Positions 16,399 through 29,394 of a stretch of DNA of 64,000 nt are shown one piece after another. The stretch is from NCBI RefSeq assembly GCF_051903065.1, contig NZ_CP178438.1; one strand, 5' to 3'. A program made the translations under genes and the position numbers. This DNA is from Escherichia coli (lineage in GTDB: Bacteria; Pseudomonadota; Gammaproteobacteria; Enterobacterales; Enterobacteriaceae). Each line of letters starts with the position of its first letter. Position 1 is the stretch's first letter. The notes under the pieces were generated by a model. It saw only the letters and a program-made list of their open reading frames with translations, had not been told where the DNA came from and did not search any database.

Positions 16399-17040
16399 TC
16401 ACAACTCCGGGGTTAAATGAGCAAGAATTTGTTTTGCCTGAGTGGTCAGGCGATTACGAGAAAACATCAGTTGCAGACGTCCGCCGCCGACCTGGTGCCA
16501 GAGCACGGCGGCGCGAATGCCTGCCAGCAGGGTTGCGCGAACTTTCGCCTGCACTTGTGGGCTTTGCAGTACAGCAGGGGAGCCGGTGACCTGAATGCGC
16601 GGGCCAAGCGGGCTAATCACATCAACATAGATAGCAGCCATCGCGCTCATCAGCGTTTCGGACTGTAAATCGAAGTGTTCGAGCTGGCGTTGCAGGCCGT
16701 TGATCCGGTTGCCCAGAGTGTCGAGCGCACCTTTCGCTGAGGAGAGTTTGCGCTCAAGCACCATCAGGCTGAGTGTGTAGCGGGTTAATTCGGCGTTTAA
16801 GCCCTGGCGACTGCTGGCATTGAGCACGCCGAGCAGGGTTTCCAGCCCGACGCGCAGGTTGGCTTCGCTACCGCCAAAAACCGCCAGCGTCGAGCTGGGG
16901 TTCATATCAATAATACTGTTGAGTGAGACGTGTAGCGCATCGGCATCACAATGCCCCTGGTGAGCGAGTTGTTGCACCAGGCGTGCCGACTGACAAATAC
17001 CGGCCAGGGCGAGGGTGATGTCATAGTAATTCTTTGCCAC
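16399..17040 (-). CDS. hflD: High-frequency lysogenization protein HflD
   Basis: Protein matches HflD from [14 protein letters not shown], read from a GTG start two codons inside the track ORF. Confidence 0.88.
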   Translation of the reverse strand: MAKNYYDITLALAGICQSARLVQQLAHQGHCDADALHVSLNSIIDMNPSSTLAVFGGSEANLRVGLETLLGVLNASSRQGLNAELTRYTLSLMVLERKLSSAKGALDTLGNRINGLQRQLEHFDLQSETLMSAMAAIYVDVISPLGPRIQVTGSPAVLQSPQVQAKVRATLLAGIRAAVLWHQVGGGRLQLMFSRNRLTTQAKQILAHLTPEL

Positions 17041-17075
17041 GTTCACTGCTTCCTTGTTTTAAGTAAAGATAATAA

Positions 17076-18697
<1,622 letters not shown>

Positions 18698-18707
18698 TTT
18701 TGCATCC

Positions 18708-19361
18708 TTAATCTGTCACTTCTCGCCATTCGCCATAAGCAAGATTATCCAAAGAGTAATCACCCATCGCATAACGAATCAGTCGCAGCGTGGGGAAACC
18801 AACATGGGCGGTCATGCGGCGCACCTGGCGATTACGTCCTTCATATAAGGTGATCTTCAGCCAGCTGGTGGGAATACTTTTGCGTTCACGAATTGGTGGA
18901 TTCCGCGGCCATAACCACGCAGGTTCGTCAACCAGCTCCGCGCCGGCGGGCAGGGTAGGGCCATCATTTAAGGTTACGCCATTGCGCAAGGCTTCAAGTG
19001 CATCTTGTGTGGGAATGCCTTCCACCTGCACATAATAGATTTTTCCAGTGCGTTTGCCTGGCTGGGTTAAACGCGCCTGTAGTGCACCATTATTGGTCAG
19101 CACCAATAACCCTTCGCTATCTCTGTCAAGACGACCTGCTGCATAAACGCCCTGAACCGGGATGAATTCTTTTAATGTTTTGCGTCCGGCTTCATCGGTG
19201 AACTGCGGAAGAACATCGTAGGGTTTATTGAACAGGATCACACGCGTGGGCTGGTTTTCAGGTTTACGCCTGGTAGAACGTTGCGAGCTGAATCGCTTAA
19301 CCTGGTGATTTCTAAAAGAAGTTTTTTGCATGGTATTTTCAGAGATTATGAATTGCCGCAT
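18708..19361 (-). CDS. rluE: 23S rRNA pseudouridine synthase RluE
   Basis: 217 aa, RsuA-family motif [11 protein letters not shown]. Confidence 0.92.
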
Positions 19362-19532
19362 TATAGCCTAATAACGCGCATCTTTCATGACGGCAAACAA
19401 TAGGGTAGTATTGACAAGCCAATTACAAATCATTAACAAAAAATTGCTCTAAAGCATCCGTATCGCAGGACGCAAACGCATATGCAACGTGGTGGCAGAC
19501 GAGCAAACCAGTAGCGCTCGAAGGAGAGGTGA

Positions 19533-20783
19533 ATGGAAAGTAAAGTAGTTGTTCCGGCACAAGGCAAGAAGATCACCCTGCAAAACGGCAAACTCAACGT
19601 TCCTGAAAATCCGATTATCCCTTACATTGAAGGTGATGGAATCGGTGTAGATGTAACCCCAGCCATGCTGAAAGTGGTCGACGCTGCAGTCGAGAAAGCC
19701 TATAAAGGCGAGCGTAAAATCTCCTGGATGGAAATTTACACCGGTGAAAAATCCACACAGGTTTATGGTCAGGATGTCTGGCTGCCTGCTGAAACCCTTG
19801 ATCTGATTCGTGAATATCGCGTTGCCATTAAAGGCCCGCTGACCACTCCGGTTGGTGGCGGTATTCGCTCTCTGAACGTTGCCCTGCGCCAGGAACTGGA
19901 TCTCTACATCTGCCTGCGTCCGGTACGTTACTATCAGGGCACTCCAAGCCCGGTTAAACACCCTGAACTGACCGATATGGTTATCTTCCGTGAAAACTCG
20001 GAAGACATTTATGCGGGTATCGAATGGAAAGCTGACTCTGCCGACGCCGAGAAAGTGATTAAATTCCTGCGTGAAGAGATGGGCGTGAAGAAAATTCGCT
20101 TCCCGGAACATTGCGGTATCGGTATTAAGCCGTGTTCGGAAGAAGGCACCAAACGTCTCGTTCGTGCAGCGATCGAATACGCAATTGCCAACGATCGTGA
20201 CTCTGTGACCCTGGTGCACAAAGGCAACATCATGAAGTTCACCGAAGGCGCGTTTAAAGACTGGGGCTACCAGCTGGCGCGTGAAGAATTTGGCGGTGAA
20301 CTGATCGACGGCGGCCCGTGGCTGAAAGTTAAAAACCCGAACACCGGCAAAGAGATCGTCATTAAAGACGTGATTGCTGATGCATTCCTGCAACAGATCC
20401 TGCTGCGTCCGGCTGAATATGATGTTATCGCCTGTATGAACCTGAACGGTGACTACATTTCTGACGCCCTGGCAGCGCAGGTTGGCGGTATCGGTATCGC
20501 CCCTGGCGCAAACATCGGTGACGAATGCGCCCTGTTTGAAGCTACCCACGGTACTGCGCCGAAATATGCCGGTCAGGACAAAGTTAACCCAGGCTCTATT
20601 ATTCTCTCCGCAGAGATGATGTTACGCCACATGGGTTGGACCGAAGCCGCAGACCTGATTGTTAAAGGTATGGAAGGCGCAATCAACGCCAAGACCGTAA
20701 CCTATGACTTCGAACGTCTGATGGAAGGCGCTAAACTGCTGAAATGTTCAGAGTTTGGTGATGCGATCATCAAGAATATGTAA
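19533..20783 (+). CDS. icd: Isocitrate dehydrogenase (NADP)
   Basis: 416 aa, [38 protein letters not shown]...; uninterrupted 3' end. Confidence 0.97.
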   Translation: MESKVVVPAQGKKITLQNGKLNVPENPIIPYIEGDGIGVDVTPAMLKVVDAAVEKAYKGERKISWMEIYTGEKSTQVYGQDVWLPAETLDLIREYRVAIKGPLTTPVGGGIRSLNVALRQELDLYICLRPVRYYQGTPSPVKHPELTDMVIFRENSEDIYAGIEWKADSADAEKVIKFLREEMGVKKIRFPEHCGIGIKPCSEEGTKRLVRAAIEYAIANDRDSVTLVHKGNIMKFTEGAFKDWGYQLAREEFGGELIDGGPWLKVKNPNTGKEIVIKDVIADAFLQQILLRPAEYDVIACMNLNGDYISDALAAQVGGIGIAPGANIGDECALFEATHGTAPKYAGQDKVNPGSIILSAEMMLRHMGWTEAADLIVKGMEGAINAKTVTYDFERLMEGAKLLKCSEFGDAIIKNM

Positions 20784-20805
20784 TCACTACATGTGTTAAA
20801 TATTT

Positions 20806-20838
20806 AAACGGGCGTATAACACGCCCGTTGTTTTATTT
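20806..20838 (+). terminator. icd rho-independent terminator
   Basis: Stem acgggcgt / acgcccgt followed by a T-run, about 25 nt after the icd stop. Confidence 0.75.
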
Positions 20839-20885
20839 ATGTGGATATTATTAATAGCATATCGAGCATATTTATATAAAACCTA

Positions 20886-21209
20886 TTACTTGAGCCCATA
20901 TGGGCATATTTTTATAATGCAACTCTTATGCAAACATTTATTTGTTATTTCGCTTTCTCCTGGAGGACACTCTTGACTGCTTTTAAGTAAACTCCATAAA
21001 TTCTTGTTGAATGGTGCAATGTTATAAATAGTAATAGGATATTCTTTATCCTTAAGGATAATACCAGGCTTAACCGGTGTAAATATACTTCCAGGAGGAA
21101 GAAATATAGTAGATTGATACCAGATAATCATTTTCATATCACCCCATATGGCTGAAAAAGATATGCCGCATGTAGGTTGAATTACCGTGTCAATTACTAC
21201 CCACTTCAT
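20886..21209 (-). CDS. iraM: Anti-adaptor protein IraM-like (RssB inhibitor)
   Basis: 107-aa [26 protein letters not shown]...CPYGLK in an AT-rich setting next to icd; identity recalled from memory, not searched. Confidence 0.6.
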   Translation of the reverse strand: MKWVVIDTVIQPTCGISFSAIWGDMKMIIWYQSTIFLPPGSIFTPVKPGIILKDKEYPITIYNIAPFNKNLWSLLKSSQECPPGESEITNKCLHKSCIIKICPYGLK

Positions 21210-21665
21210 TTGTTATGTCTTATCCCACGGTATTTAATATAGTTCATTTGGATGTTCATTTCTTTATTTTGCATATGAGTATATTACCCCTTCAAAAAAT
21301 AAATTAATTAAAACGATTGCTTATATAAAACAAAATTTAAAGCAAGGAATCTCAATGGATGTTAAACAAAATGAGATTTAGTGAAAACAATAAATTATTC
21401 ACTTCGTTTTAGATTTGTTTAGCTATAATGTTATACATTCAAATGACTGACCATCCTGTAATTAAAACATAGCCTTTATGCTACTTTGTGCCAATTTGCT
21501 AAACATTATGGTTGCCTTTTTATATAACGATAATAATGAATATAAGCATGACATGAGAATAAGGTTTCAATTTTTGAGTTATATAGGAAAGGTTTAACCT
21601 GTTCCTGGCTAAAATACATATAACTGGATGATGACTAAACCAAAACACATGTGCGTTAAGTATTG

Positions 21666-21696
21666 AAACGGGCGTATGGCACGCCCGTTGTTTTTA
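21666..21696 (+). repeat. Second copy of the icd-terminator hairpin (orphan, possible att-site remnant)
   Basis: acatgtgcgttaagtattgaaacgggcgtatggcacgcccgttgttttt closely matches 20791-20838; no plus-strand gene upstream of it. Confidence 0.6.
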
Positions 21697-21904
21697 TAAA
21701 TATATTAACCGTTATAAAATAACGTATAGAAAGTCAAGTGATCACATTTCAAATGTCAATTTGATAGTATTGGCCTGGTGATTATTTATGGGTAGCAATA
21801 AAAGGACAGTATTTATCATCCATAGGGATAGTCTCTGTACTTTTATTCCCATTATGCTAATGCCTTACTGAATTATGAAGCATTTCTTAAGCATCCAACT
21901 TTAG

Positions 21905-22309
21905 CTAGATTAATGGTTTATTATTTTCTACATCTTCAATATATAAAAGCGTATTATCAATGGCGTAGTAACTGCGTTTGTTATGATTAACATCAGTAAC
22001 CCAACGGAAAACGCCCGCGTCTGCCAGTATTGAACAGTATTCCCGAAATGTAGATTTTCCGCAAATATGAAGCAATGCGGCCTCTTTTATTTTAGCAGGG
22101 TTCTTGGTCGTACTAACTTTTAACAGGTTCCTGGTTCCTCTTAATAACAAAACCGTGTCATCGTGAGTAATAATTCTGATGTTATCCGTAGCCAGATAAT
22201 AAATGTAATGTGCAATACGGTGATGTTTTAATTCTGAATAAAACCAGGAGAAGTTTTGCTCTTTTCTCACTTGCTCAAACATCTTTTGAAAAACAACGAC
22301 CTGATCCAT
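21905..22309 (-). CDS. ycgX: Uncharacterised 134-aa protein (YcgX-like)
   Basis: 134-aa ORF between iraM and bluR, matching K-12 order; assignment rests on position and length. Confidence 0.55.
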   Translation of the reverse strand: MDQVVVFQKMFEQVRKEQNFSWFYSELKHHRIAHYIYYLATDNIRIITHDDTVLLLRGTRNLLKVSTTKNPAKIKEAALLHICGKSTFREYCSILADAGVFRWVTDVNHNKRSYYAIDNTLLYIEDVENNKPLI

Positions 22310-22529
22310 CAGGATAATAACCTCTTGTTAGTTGTGAGACTGCGTAGTGTGCACGATCGGTTTTACCACTTCAATCTGGTCTGTCCTTTGGCTGTGATAT
22401 GTACAAAGTGTGAAAGGGGGATTACCTGAATTCTCCCGGTGAGCATTTTGTAATGGACCAGCTCCGGTACAAACGCTGTTGTGGGTTCAGATTATAACAT
22501 TCTGTCTAAGGGGCGGGATAAAGGTGAAA

Positions 22530-23261
22530 TTAGGGGGCATGAAAGATGACTTTATAACCTTGCTCACCCCAGTGTTGTAAAAGTTCATTTTGCCTTCTCG
22601 TTGGTGCCATGCCTGTCCAGACAATCAATGTTTGCGTCGGGAACAGTTCCGGGCGCGGTGATTCAATGGGATCAGCAAGAACAGAAATATGCCATCCTGA
22701 CAATGATAAACGCCATGCTTCCAGCCACAATCGAGCTCTCTCTTCAACATTCCACGCCATCAGAATGGCTTCTTTACCGGGCTTACGGCGCATTTCGAAA
22801 AGCGAGGCTGCTGCATATTCAATTAATGCGCCGTCAAACATACTGCTCATAATGCGGGAGGTGTTGTGATCAAGCACGAGACGCTGGCGAACAGGAAGGT
22901 AAACATGATTAATCAATTGATCTACTGGGTACTCTCGACCCAGTGAAATAATTCTCGCGCGTAGTTTGGCAGGATTAGCCATACGAAGAATTGACATCAT
23001 CTCTTCTTGCAAGCGGCTCCAGTCATCTTCCGTATCCTGGCTGGTGGTTTCCAGTAATGCTTTAACTTTGCCTACAGGGACGCCATTACTTATCCAACGC
23101 TTGATCTCTTCGATACGTTGTATGTCTTCTTCATCAAAGAGTCGGTGTCCGCCTTCACTGCGCTGTGGTTTTAACAAACCGTAGCGGCGTTGCCAGGCCC
23201 GGAGAGTGACAGGATTAATCCCGCAACGTTCAGCAACATCACCAATGCTGTAATAAGCCAC
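22530..23261 (-). CDS. bluR: MerR-family transcriptional repressor BluR
   Basis: N-terminal MerR helix-turn-helix ([30 protein letters not shown]); 243 aa; adjacent to bluF. Confidence 0.9.
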   Translation of the reverse strand: MAYYSIGDVAERCGINPVTLRAWQRRYGLLKPQRSEGGHRLFDEEDIQRIEEIKRWISNGVPVGKVKALLETTSQDTEDDWSRLQEEMMSILRMANPAKLRARIISLGREYPVDQLINHVYLPVRQRLVLDHNTSRIMSSMFDGALIEYAAASLFEMRRKPGKEAILMAWNVEERARLWLEAWRLSLSGWHISVLADPIESPRPELFPTQTLIVWTGMAPTRRQNELLQHWGEQGYKVIFHAP

Positions 23262-23464
23262 AATTCCTCCTTGCGGTCATAAATCTCCGTCGCCTGTATA
23301 CGACCCAATAATACTTTGTACAATATACGCTAAAATTGTACAAAGTATAAATAAGATTTTAGCTAAATTGGATGAAACATTATTTTTAATGTGGATTAAA
23401 TTAAAACATAACGTATTAATTTTCACGATGATTTCCAGAAACATGCAAAATAATGTGCTGAAAA

Positions 23465-24676
23465 TTATTTTTTCTCCGGCCACGCAACTGAAGGGATACC
23501 ATTCAATTTAGCTTTAGCAAACAGATCCCCCTGAAACATCTCAATTCCTGCGGATTCAAGCCACATCCACTCTTCTGGTGTTGCCACGCCCATAGCACTG
23601 ACTTGAATTTCAAGTGATGTACAGCATTTTATGATCGCCTGAATAATTGCCTGCCGTGGTCCGCTTTTATGAACATTGGTAATCAATTCCTGACTGATTT
23701 TAATTCTGTCAGGCTGGAAGCGTGACAGGAGTAACAAACCAGCAAAACCTGCGCCAAAATGATCAATTGCTACACTGATACCGGCAGCCTTTAGCGATTT
23801 AACCGCTTCGGCAAACTCATCAAACCGAGATATGACTTCACTTTCAGTAAATTCAACGATGATTTGTTCAGGCACCAGACCATTGGCCTTTATTTCATCA
23901 AGTAAAAAAGAGACTGCGTCAGGCTCGTTAACCAGGGTCATAGGTAATAGATTGATAGATATCATTTTATCACCGAGCTCAAGTGCGTGTGCCATCGCGA
24001 ATACAAGCGCCTTACTTTTGAGATCCGCTGTGTAGATTTCCCCGTCTTTACGCTGCCCAACCGCTATAGCTGACGGGCTGTCTTCATTTTTTTGCACAAT
24101 GGCTTCAAAAGCGATTATCCGCCGCGATAAGGGATCAACAATAGGATGAAAGGCAAAGTGGTCGTTTATATTTGGTGAAAGGGTACAGGAATCAAGTTCT
24201 TTATCAGATCCGTCAGCGATAAAAAGCCAGGAGTCTTCAGCAGGAATCTCGAAATAGGTTGATTGTTCGGTTGCAAGGACAAAAGTACGAAAAAATTGTA
24301 GCGCTCTGTCATCATAAGTTAGCTGAAATTTTGATGTGCCTTTGTCGAATACGGCCTGTAAAACGTCATCTCGCTCGTGCAGGCGTAAATCAAATAATTC
24401 CATTCCCGCTTTGCCAAAACGGCGAGCAGGCGCGTAATCGCACAGCAGCTCAACAATATTATAGTGCCGTGGATCCTGGCATATAGCCCGATATATCATT
24501 TTAACCTGTTCTTCCGGACCTTCCAGAAGCTGGAAAAAATGAGAACCATTAAACAGTAAGATCCCTGTTACGTCAGACTGCATGTTCCTGCGATTTGCTA
24601 TCGAAACCATTTCTTCGATTTTTTTGACAGGTTCGTCGTCACGTATATGGCTACGATAAATAAGGGTGGTAAGCAT
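23465..24676 (-). CDS. bluF: Blue-light sensor BluF (BLUF domain plus degenerate EAL domain)
   Basis: Start at MLTTLIYRSHIRDD (BLUF), 26 codons inside the track ORF; C-terminal EAL-like domain. Confidence 0.9.
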   Translation of the reverse strand: MLTTLIYRSHIRDDEPVKKIEEMVSIANRRNMQSDVTGILLFNGSHFFQLLEGPEEQVKMIYRAICQDPRHYNIVELLCDYAPARRFGKAGMELFDLRLHERDDVLQAVFDKGTSKFQLTYDDRALQFFRTFVLATEQSTYFEIPAEDSWLFIADGSDKELDSCTLSPNINDHFAFHPIVDPLSRRIIAFEAIVQKNEDSPSAIAVGQRKDGEIYTADLKSKALVFAMAHALELGDKMISINLLPMTLVNEPDAVSFLLDEIKANGLVPEQIIVEFTESEVISRFDEFAEAVKSLKAAGISVAIDHFGAGFAGLLLLSRFQPDRIKISQELITNVHKSGPRQAIIQAIIKCCTSLEIQVSAMGVATPEEWMWLESAGIEMFQGDLFAKAKLNGIPSVAWPEKK

Positions 24677-24989
24677 TAACTGTCCAGGGTAATGGGAGAG
24701 GCGAGAGTAAGACGGTAACAGACATATCTTCCGGTGTCTTTCTTTTAATACCAAAACATAACTGTTTCTTTACATTGATAAAAAATGGAAAAAGTTGAAC
24801 ACGAGTTGGCGAAAATTTTTGTATAGGTTGTCAGTTAAATGATGCAATATGTTTTATCATAACGTATTGTTTTATATGCATTAGCACTAATTGCAAAAAA
24901 TTAATTTATCATTCTGTACACATATTTCGTACAAGTTTGCTATTGTTACCTCACTTAACATTGATTAACATTTTTAACAGAGGCGTAGC

Positions 24990-25226
24990 ATGCATCAAAA
25001 TTCAGTGACTTTAGATTCTGCGGGAGCAATCACTCGTTACTTTGCAAAAGCGAACTTGCCTACTCAGCAGGAAACTCTCGGGGAAATTGTGACTGAGATT
25101 TTGAAAGATGGACGTAATCTGAGTCGAAAGTCGCTTTGTGCCAAACTTCTTTGCCGACTGGAACAAGCGACAGGGGAAGAGGAACAGAAACATTATAATG
25201 CACTAATTGGGTTGCTTTTTGAATAA
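24990..25226 (+). CDS. ycgZ: Small protein YcgZ (connector to the Rcs system)
   Basis: 78-aa ORF divergent from bluF; first gene of the ycgZ-ymgA-ariR-ymgC run. Confidence 0.88.
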   Translation: MHQNSVTLDSAGAITRYFAKANLPTQQETLGEIVTEILKDGRNLSRKSLCAKLLCRLEQATGEEEQKHYNALIGLLFE

Positions 25227-25268
25227 TGCAACAGCCTGATTATTTAACAGGTTAGCTATGAAGTCGTT

Positions 25269-25541
25269 ATGAAGACATCTGATAATGAAAGTATAAAATA
25301 TGAAATTACTGGCCAGGCGGTGCTCCAGATACTGCGCATGAAGATAAATTTTTCGGTGCAGACTCTTATTAAGCAATTACTCGTAATGAAATCGGCTGAG
25401 GAAAATGCTTTCCGACGAGATTTAATTGACAGCATAATTCGTGATTTTAGCAACAGTGATACAGGAGGGCCAAACCGAAGAACAGCGATAGCTGACAATA
25501 AAAGTATGTTCAATGGTAAGAAAATAAACAGAATACATTAA
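25269..25541 (+). CDS. ymgA: Small protein YmgA
   Basis: 90-aa ORF in the expected operon position. Confidence 0.88.
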   Translation: MKTSDNESIKYEITGQAVLQILRMKINFSVQTLIKQLLVMKSAEENAFRRDLIDSIIRDFSNSDTGGPNRRTAIADNKSMFNGKKINRIH

Positions 25542-25569
25542 AATTTCATAAGTAAGATGAGAGGTTACC

Positions 25570-25836
25570 ATGCTTGAAGATACTACAATTCATAATGCAA
25601 TAACTGATAAAGCGTTATCAAGTTACTTTCGCAGTTCGGGTAATTTGTTAGAAGAAGAGTCAGCAGTGTTAGGGCAGGCTGTGACTAATTTAATGCTTTC
25701 AGGCGATAATGTTAATAATAAAAATATTATCTTAAGTCTGATACACTCCCTGGAAACAACAAGTGATATTCTCAAAGCTGATGTGATCAGAAAAACACTG
25801 GAAATCGTGTTGCGATACACAGCGGATGACATGTAA
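25570..25836 (+). CDS. ariR: Biofilm/acid-resistance regulator AriR (YmgB)
   Basis: 88-aa ORF in the expected operon position. Confidence 0.88.
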   Translation: MLEDTTIHNAITDKALSSYFRSSGNLLEEESAVLGQAVTNLMLSGDNVNNKNIILSLIHSLETTSDILKADVIRKTLEIVLRYTADDM

Positions 25837-25948
25837 CTTTTAATTATTAAGTATAAGTTTATAGAAAACTCATTCATCTTATTTTTGTCTGTCGCTTTAG
25901 ACTATACACAGCATAATTTTATTGGGTTAATATTTCTACGAGGCTGAC

Positions 25949-26197
25949 ATGAATAATTCAATCCCAGAGAGATTTATTTTTCAATGTGCTTTGTTTAAAA
26001 ATCTCGAGAGGGAGGTGTTCATGACGCATGGGTATGTTGATAGTCATATTATTGATCAGGCTTTACGCTTGCGTTTAAAAGATGAAACCAGTGTGATTCT
26101 TTCTGATCTCTATCTGCAAATCTTGCAGTACATTGAAATGCATAAGACTACACTAACGGATATCATTATTAATGACAGGGAATCCGTGCTCTCTTAG
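25949..26197 (+). CDS. ymgC: Small protein YmgC
   Basis: 82-aa ORF ending the operon. Confidence 0.85.
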   Translation: MNNSIPERFIFQCALFKNLEREVFMTHGYVDSHIIDQALRLRLKDETSVILSDLYLQILQYIEMHKTTLTDIIINDRESVLS

Positions 26198-26532
26198 AAC
26201 TTGAGTAAGGTTATAGAATAAACATCAGCTGTATCATCATGCTGGTGCAAAGTGAGCATTTCAGGCGTTATGCTTTCTTAATATATCCGCAATATCAGGG
26301 GGCAAACAGGAATGGAGAGCGCTCGTTTTCCATTCTTGACGCCTGATATCCCACCTAATTTGTTTAACTCTGCCTACATTGTGCTCAATAATTAATAGGT
26401 TAGATGAAGATGGAGAAAATTTTATCTTCGGCGTGGATATTTCTTATGCTCTCTACCATGCTCTCTGTAGACGCCAGCGCGAGCGAATGAACGTCATTTT
26501 CATGTATTAAACCCTTTGTTCGGGACAAGCGA

Positions 26533-28056
26533 ATGCGCAATACACTCATACCCATCCTCGTTGCGATATGCTTGTTTATAACCGGTGTCGCTATTTTGAA
26601 CATCCAGCTCTGGTATTCCGCAAAAGCAGAGTACCTGGCGGGAGCAAGATATGCCGCCAACAATATCAATCATATACTTGAAGAAGCGTCACAGGCGACT
26701 CAAACAGCGGTTAACATTGCCGGGAAGGAATGCGACCTCGAGGAGCAATATCAGCTTGGCACTGAAGCAGCTCTGAAACCTCACCTGCGCACAATCATCA
26801 TTCTCAAACAGGGAACGGTCTGGTGTACATCCTTACCGGGGAATCGGGTCCTGCTGTCTCGTATTCCTGTTTTCCCGGACAGTAATTTACTGTTGGCTCC
26901 GGCAATCGACACCGTTAATAGATTACCTATCCTGCTCTATCAGAGCCAATTTGCAGATACGCGCATTTTGGTTACGATAAGTGATCAGCATATTCGCGGG
27001 GCGCTTAATGTACCCTTGAAAGGGGTAAGGTATGTATTACGCGTGGCGGATGACATTATTGGACCTACGGGTGATGTGATGACGCTTAATGGACATTATC
27101 CCTATACCGAGAAGGTTCACTCCACAAAATATCATTTCACTATTATCTTTAACTCGCCGCCACTCTTTAGCTTCTACAGACTTATCGATAAAGGCTTTGG
27201 GATTTTGATCTTTATTCTGTTAATCGCCTGCGCCGCTGCCTTCCTGCTAGATAGGTATTTCAATAAAAGCGCAACGCCTGAAGAGATCCTGCGGCGGGCT
27301 ATAAATAATGGGGAGATCGTCCCTTTTTACCAACCAGTGGTGAATGGTCGGGAAGGGACATTGCGGGGAGTTGAGGTGTTAGCCCGCTGGAAACAACCTC
27401 ACGGTGGATATATTTCACCCGCGGCATTTATTCCACTTGCTGAAAAATCCGGATTAATCGTTCCGCTTACGCAAAGCCTGATGAATCAGGTTGCCAGACA
27501 GATGAACGCTATCGCGAGTAAATTGCCGGAAGGTTTTCATATTGGAATTAATTTTAGCGCCTCGCATATTATTTCGCCGACGTTTGTCGACGAGTGCTTA
27601 AATTACCGTGACAGTTTTACCCGCCGCGATTTAAACCTCGTTCTGGAAGTTACCGAGCGTGAGCCATTAAATGTTGATGAAAGTCTGGTTCAGCGGTTGA
27701 ACATTCTGCATGAAAATGGTTTTGTCATCGCGCTGGATGATTTCGGTACTGGCTACTCAGGGCTTTCTTATCTGCATGACCTGCATATTGATTATATCAA
27801 AATTGATCACAGTTTCGTTGGTCGCGTCAACGCAGACCCAGAATCAACCCGAATTCTGGATTGTGTATTGGATCTGGCGCGTAAACTTTCGATCAGTATC
27901 GTCGCTGAAGGTGTCGAAACGAAAGAACAACTTGATTATCTGAACCAAAATAATATCACATTTCAGCAGGGTTATTATTTCTATAAACCTGTTACATACA
28001 TCGACCTGGTCAAAATTATCCTTTCTAAACCGAAGGTGAAGGTTGTGGTTGAGTGA
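26533..28056 (+). CDS. pdeG: CSS-motif periplasmic sensor / EAL-domain c-di-GMP phosphodiesterase
   Basis: 507 aa; N-terminal transmembrane segment, periplasmic domain with Cys pair, second transmembrane segment, then an EAL domain (EVLARW, DDFGTGYS). Confidence 0.9.
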   Translation: MRNTLIPILVAICLFITGVAILNIQLWYSAKAEYLAGARYAANNINHILEEASQATQTAVNIAGKECDLEEQYQLGTEAALKPHLRTIIILKQGTVWCTSLPGNRVLLSRIPVFPDSNLLLAPAIDTVNRLPILLYQSQFADTRILVTISDQHIRGALNVPLKGVRYVLRVADDIIGPTGDVMTLNGHYPYTEKVHSTKYHFTIIFNSPPLFSFYRLIDKGFGILIFILLIACAAAFLLDRYFNKSATPEEILRRAINNGEIVPFYQPVVNGREGTLRGVEVLARWKQPHGGYISPAAFIPLAEKSGLIVPLTQSLMNQVARQMNAIASKLPEGFHIGINFSASHIISPTFVDECLNYRDSFTRRDLNLVLEVTEREPLNVDESLVQRLNILHENGFVIALDDFGTGYSGLSYLHDLHIDYIKIDHSFVGRVNADPESTRILDCVLDLARKLSISIVAEGVETKEQLDYLNQNNITFQQGYYFYKPVTYIDLVKIILSKPKVKVVVE

Positions 28057-28187
28057 AAATCGATCAGTAAGGCCATAGTGCGGTGTAATTATAGACAGCT
28101 AATTAGCTCGTTGCCTCTTGTTACTATTGTTCATTATTTTATTTGCTATAATTGTTTGAAAGTTTTGACAGGATTGCCATTAGTAGC

Positions 28188-28406
28188 ATGAACAATAGTA
28201 ATAATCTGGATTATTTCACTCTCTATATCATCTTTTCCATTGCATTTATGCTGATCACTCTCCTGGTCATCCTTATTGCAAAACCCAGTACCGGGCTGGG
28301 AGAAGTGCTTGTGACGATAAATTTGCTTAATGCCCTTGTTTGGCTGGCGATCAATCTGGTTAATCGATTAAGGGAAAGACTCGTCAGCCACAGGGATCAG
28401 CAATAA
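28188..28406 (+). CDS. ymgF: Small inner-membrane protein YmgF
   Basis: Start at MNNSNNLDYFTLYII (ATG 28188); the track ORF begins at an upstream TTG; two predicted transmembrane helices. Confidence 0.8.
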   Translation: MNNSNNLDYFTLYIIFSIAFMLITLLVILIAKPSTGLGEVLVTINLLNALVWLAINLVNRLRERLVSHRDQQ

Positions 28407-28805
28407 TCTTTCAGTTTCTCACTGTCAGTATGCGGCTGAATGGGGTGCTGACAGTGAACGCCTGGATCATTGAAGGAAAGGAATTATTGCGCAAATAGTT
28501 GTCAACCCTGGTGTTATCACAGTTGTTTTTATATATCATTGAAATAATTTCTATGGCAACTATCAATGATAGTGATGTCGAAGAGTTATTTGTTAAACAA
28601 AATCGTCACCTCAAAGTGATCAATGTCATGAAAATAAGGTGAAAAATGATAATGCCGACTTATTTATCATTTATATATTGTAGCTGTTTATCTATTTAAA
28701 TTTCTTGTGCTTTTGTTTTTGTCTTTACCCTCCGTTTTGGTAATCTGAACTCATAGGTTATTTGACCAGGAATGTTTGTTAATCCAATGAATGGATGGTT
28801 AATCT

Positions 28806-29394
28806 ATGAAACTGAAAAAACTCCCCGGGTTTAGTTTAGGACTTATTGCTCTGGCGGTGGGTAATGCATATGCAACACAATTGTTGGATGATTATAGTAT
28901 AATTTCCTATATAACCGATGAAGAATCGCCGATTCAAATCAAAGATAATACTTTGAAAAGTAATGAAGAATATCTAACCACTGAAGACGAAAGTCATGCT
29001 GTGAAAGTGGATGACGGTGTAACTAGATATATAAATAATGCCAGTGTGATGACTAGTGGTGATGGATCTTATGGTATTTCTGTTGATAGTCAAAACAAAG
29101 TATTATATATAAGCGATAGCGATATTAAGACCTCTGGAAGCGTATCTAACAAAGAAAATAACCAAGATGTTAATGGAGGGATAACAGCCAGCGCAGTAGT
29201 CAGTGAATTTGGTGGCACCATCGTTATGAATGGTGATAATTTAGTCGAGACGGGGGGGGCATATTCAGCGGGACTTTTAAGTCAGGTTAATGATTCTGGA
29301 AATGTGGAAAATAACACTCGTCTTGAAACCACAGATAAAACGATCATTGTTACCTCTGGGGAAAATGCAGTAGGTGTTCTTGCATGTTCAAGTC
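28806..29394 (+). pseudogene. ycgH: Autotransporter gene, 5' part (signal peptide and passenger start), interrupted by IS903
   Basis: Sec signal MKLKKLPGFSLGLIALAVGNAYA; the reading frame runs into the IS left end and stops inside the inverted repeat. Confidence 0.85.

Noticed and set aside
19449-20549. 366-aa minus-strand ORF
   Set aside because: It lies entirely antisense to icd, a highly conserved gene; a long antisense frame in GC-balanced coding DNA, with no independent support.
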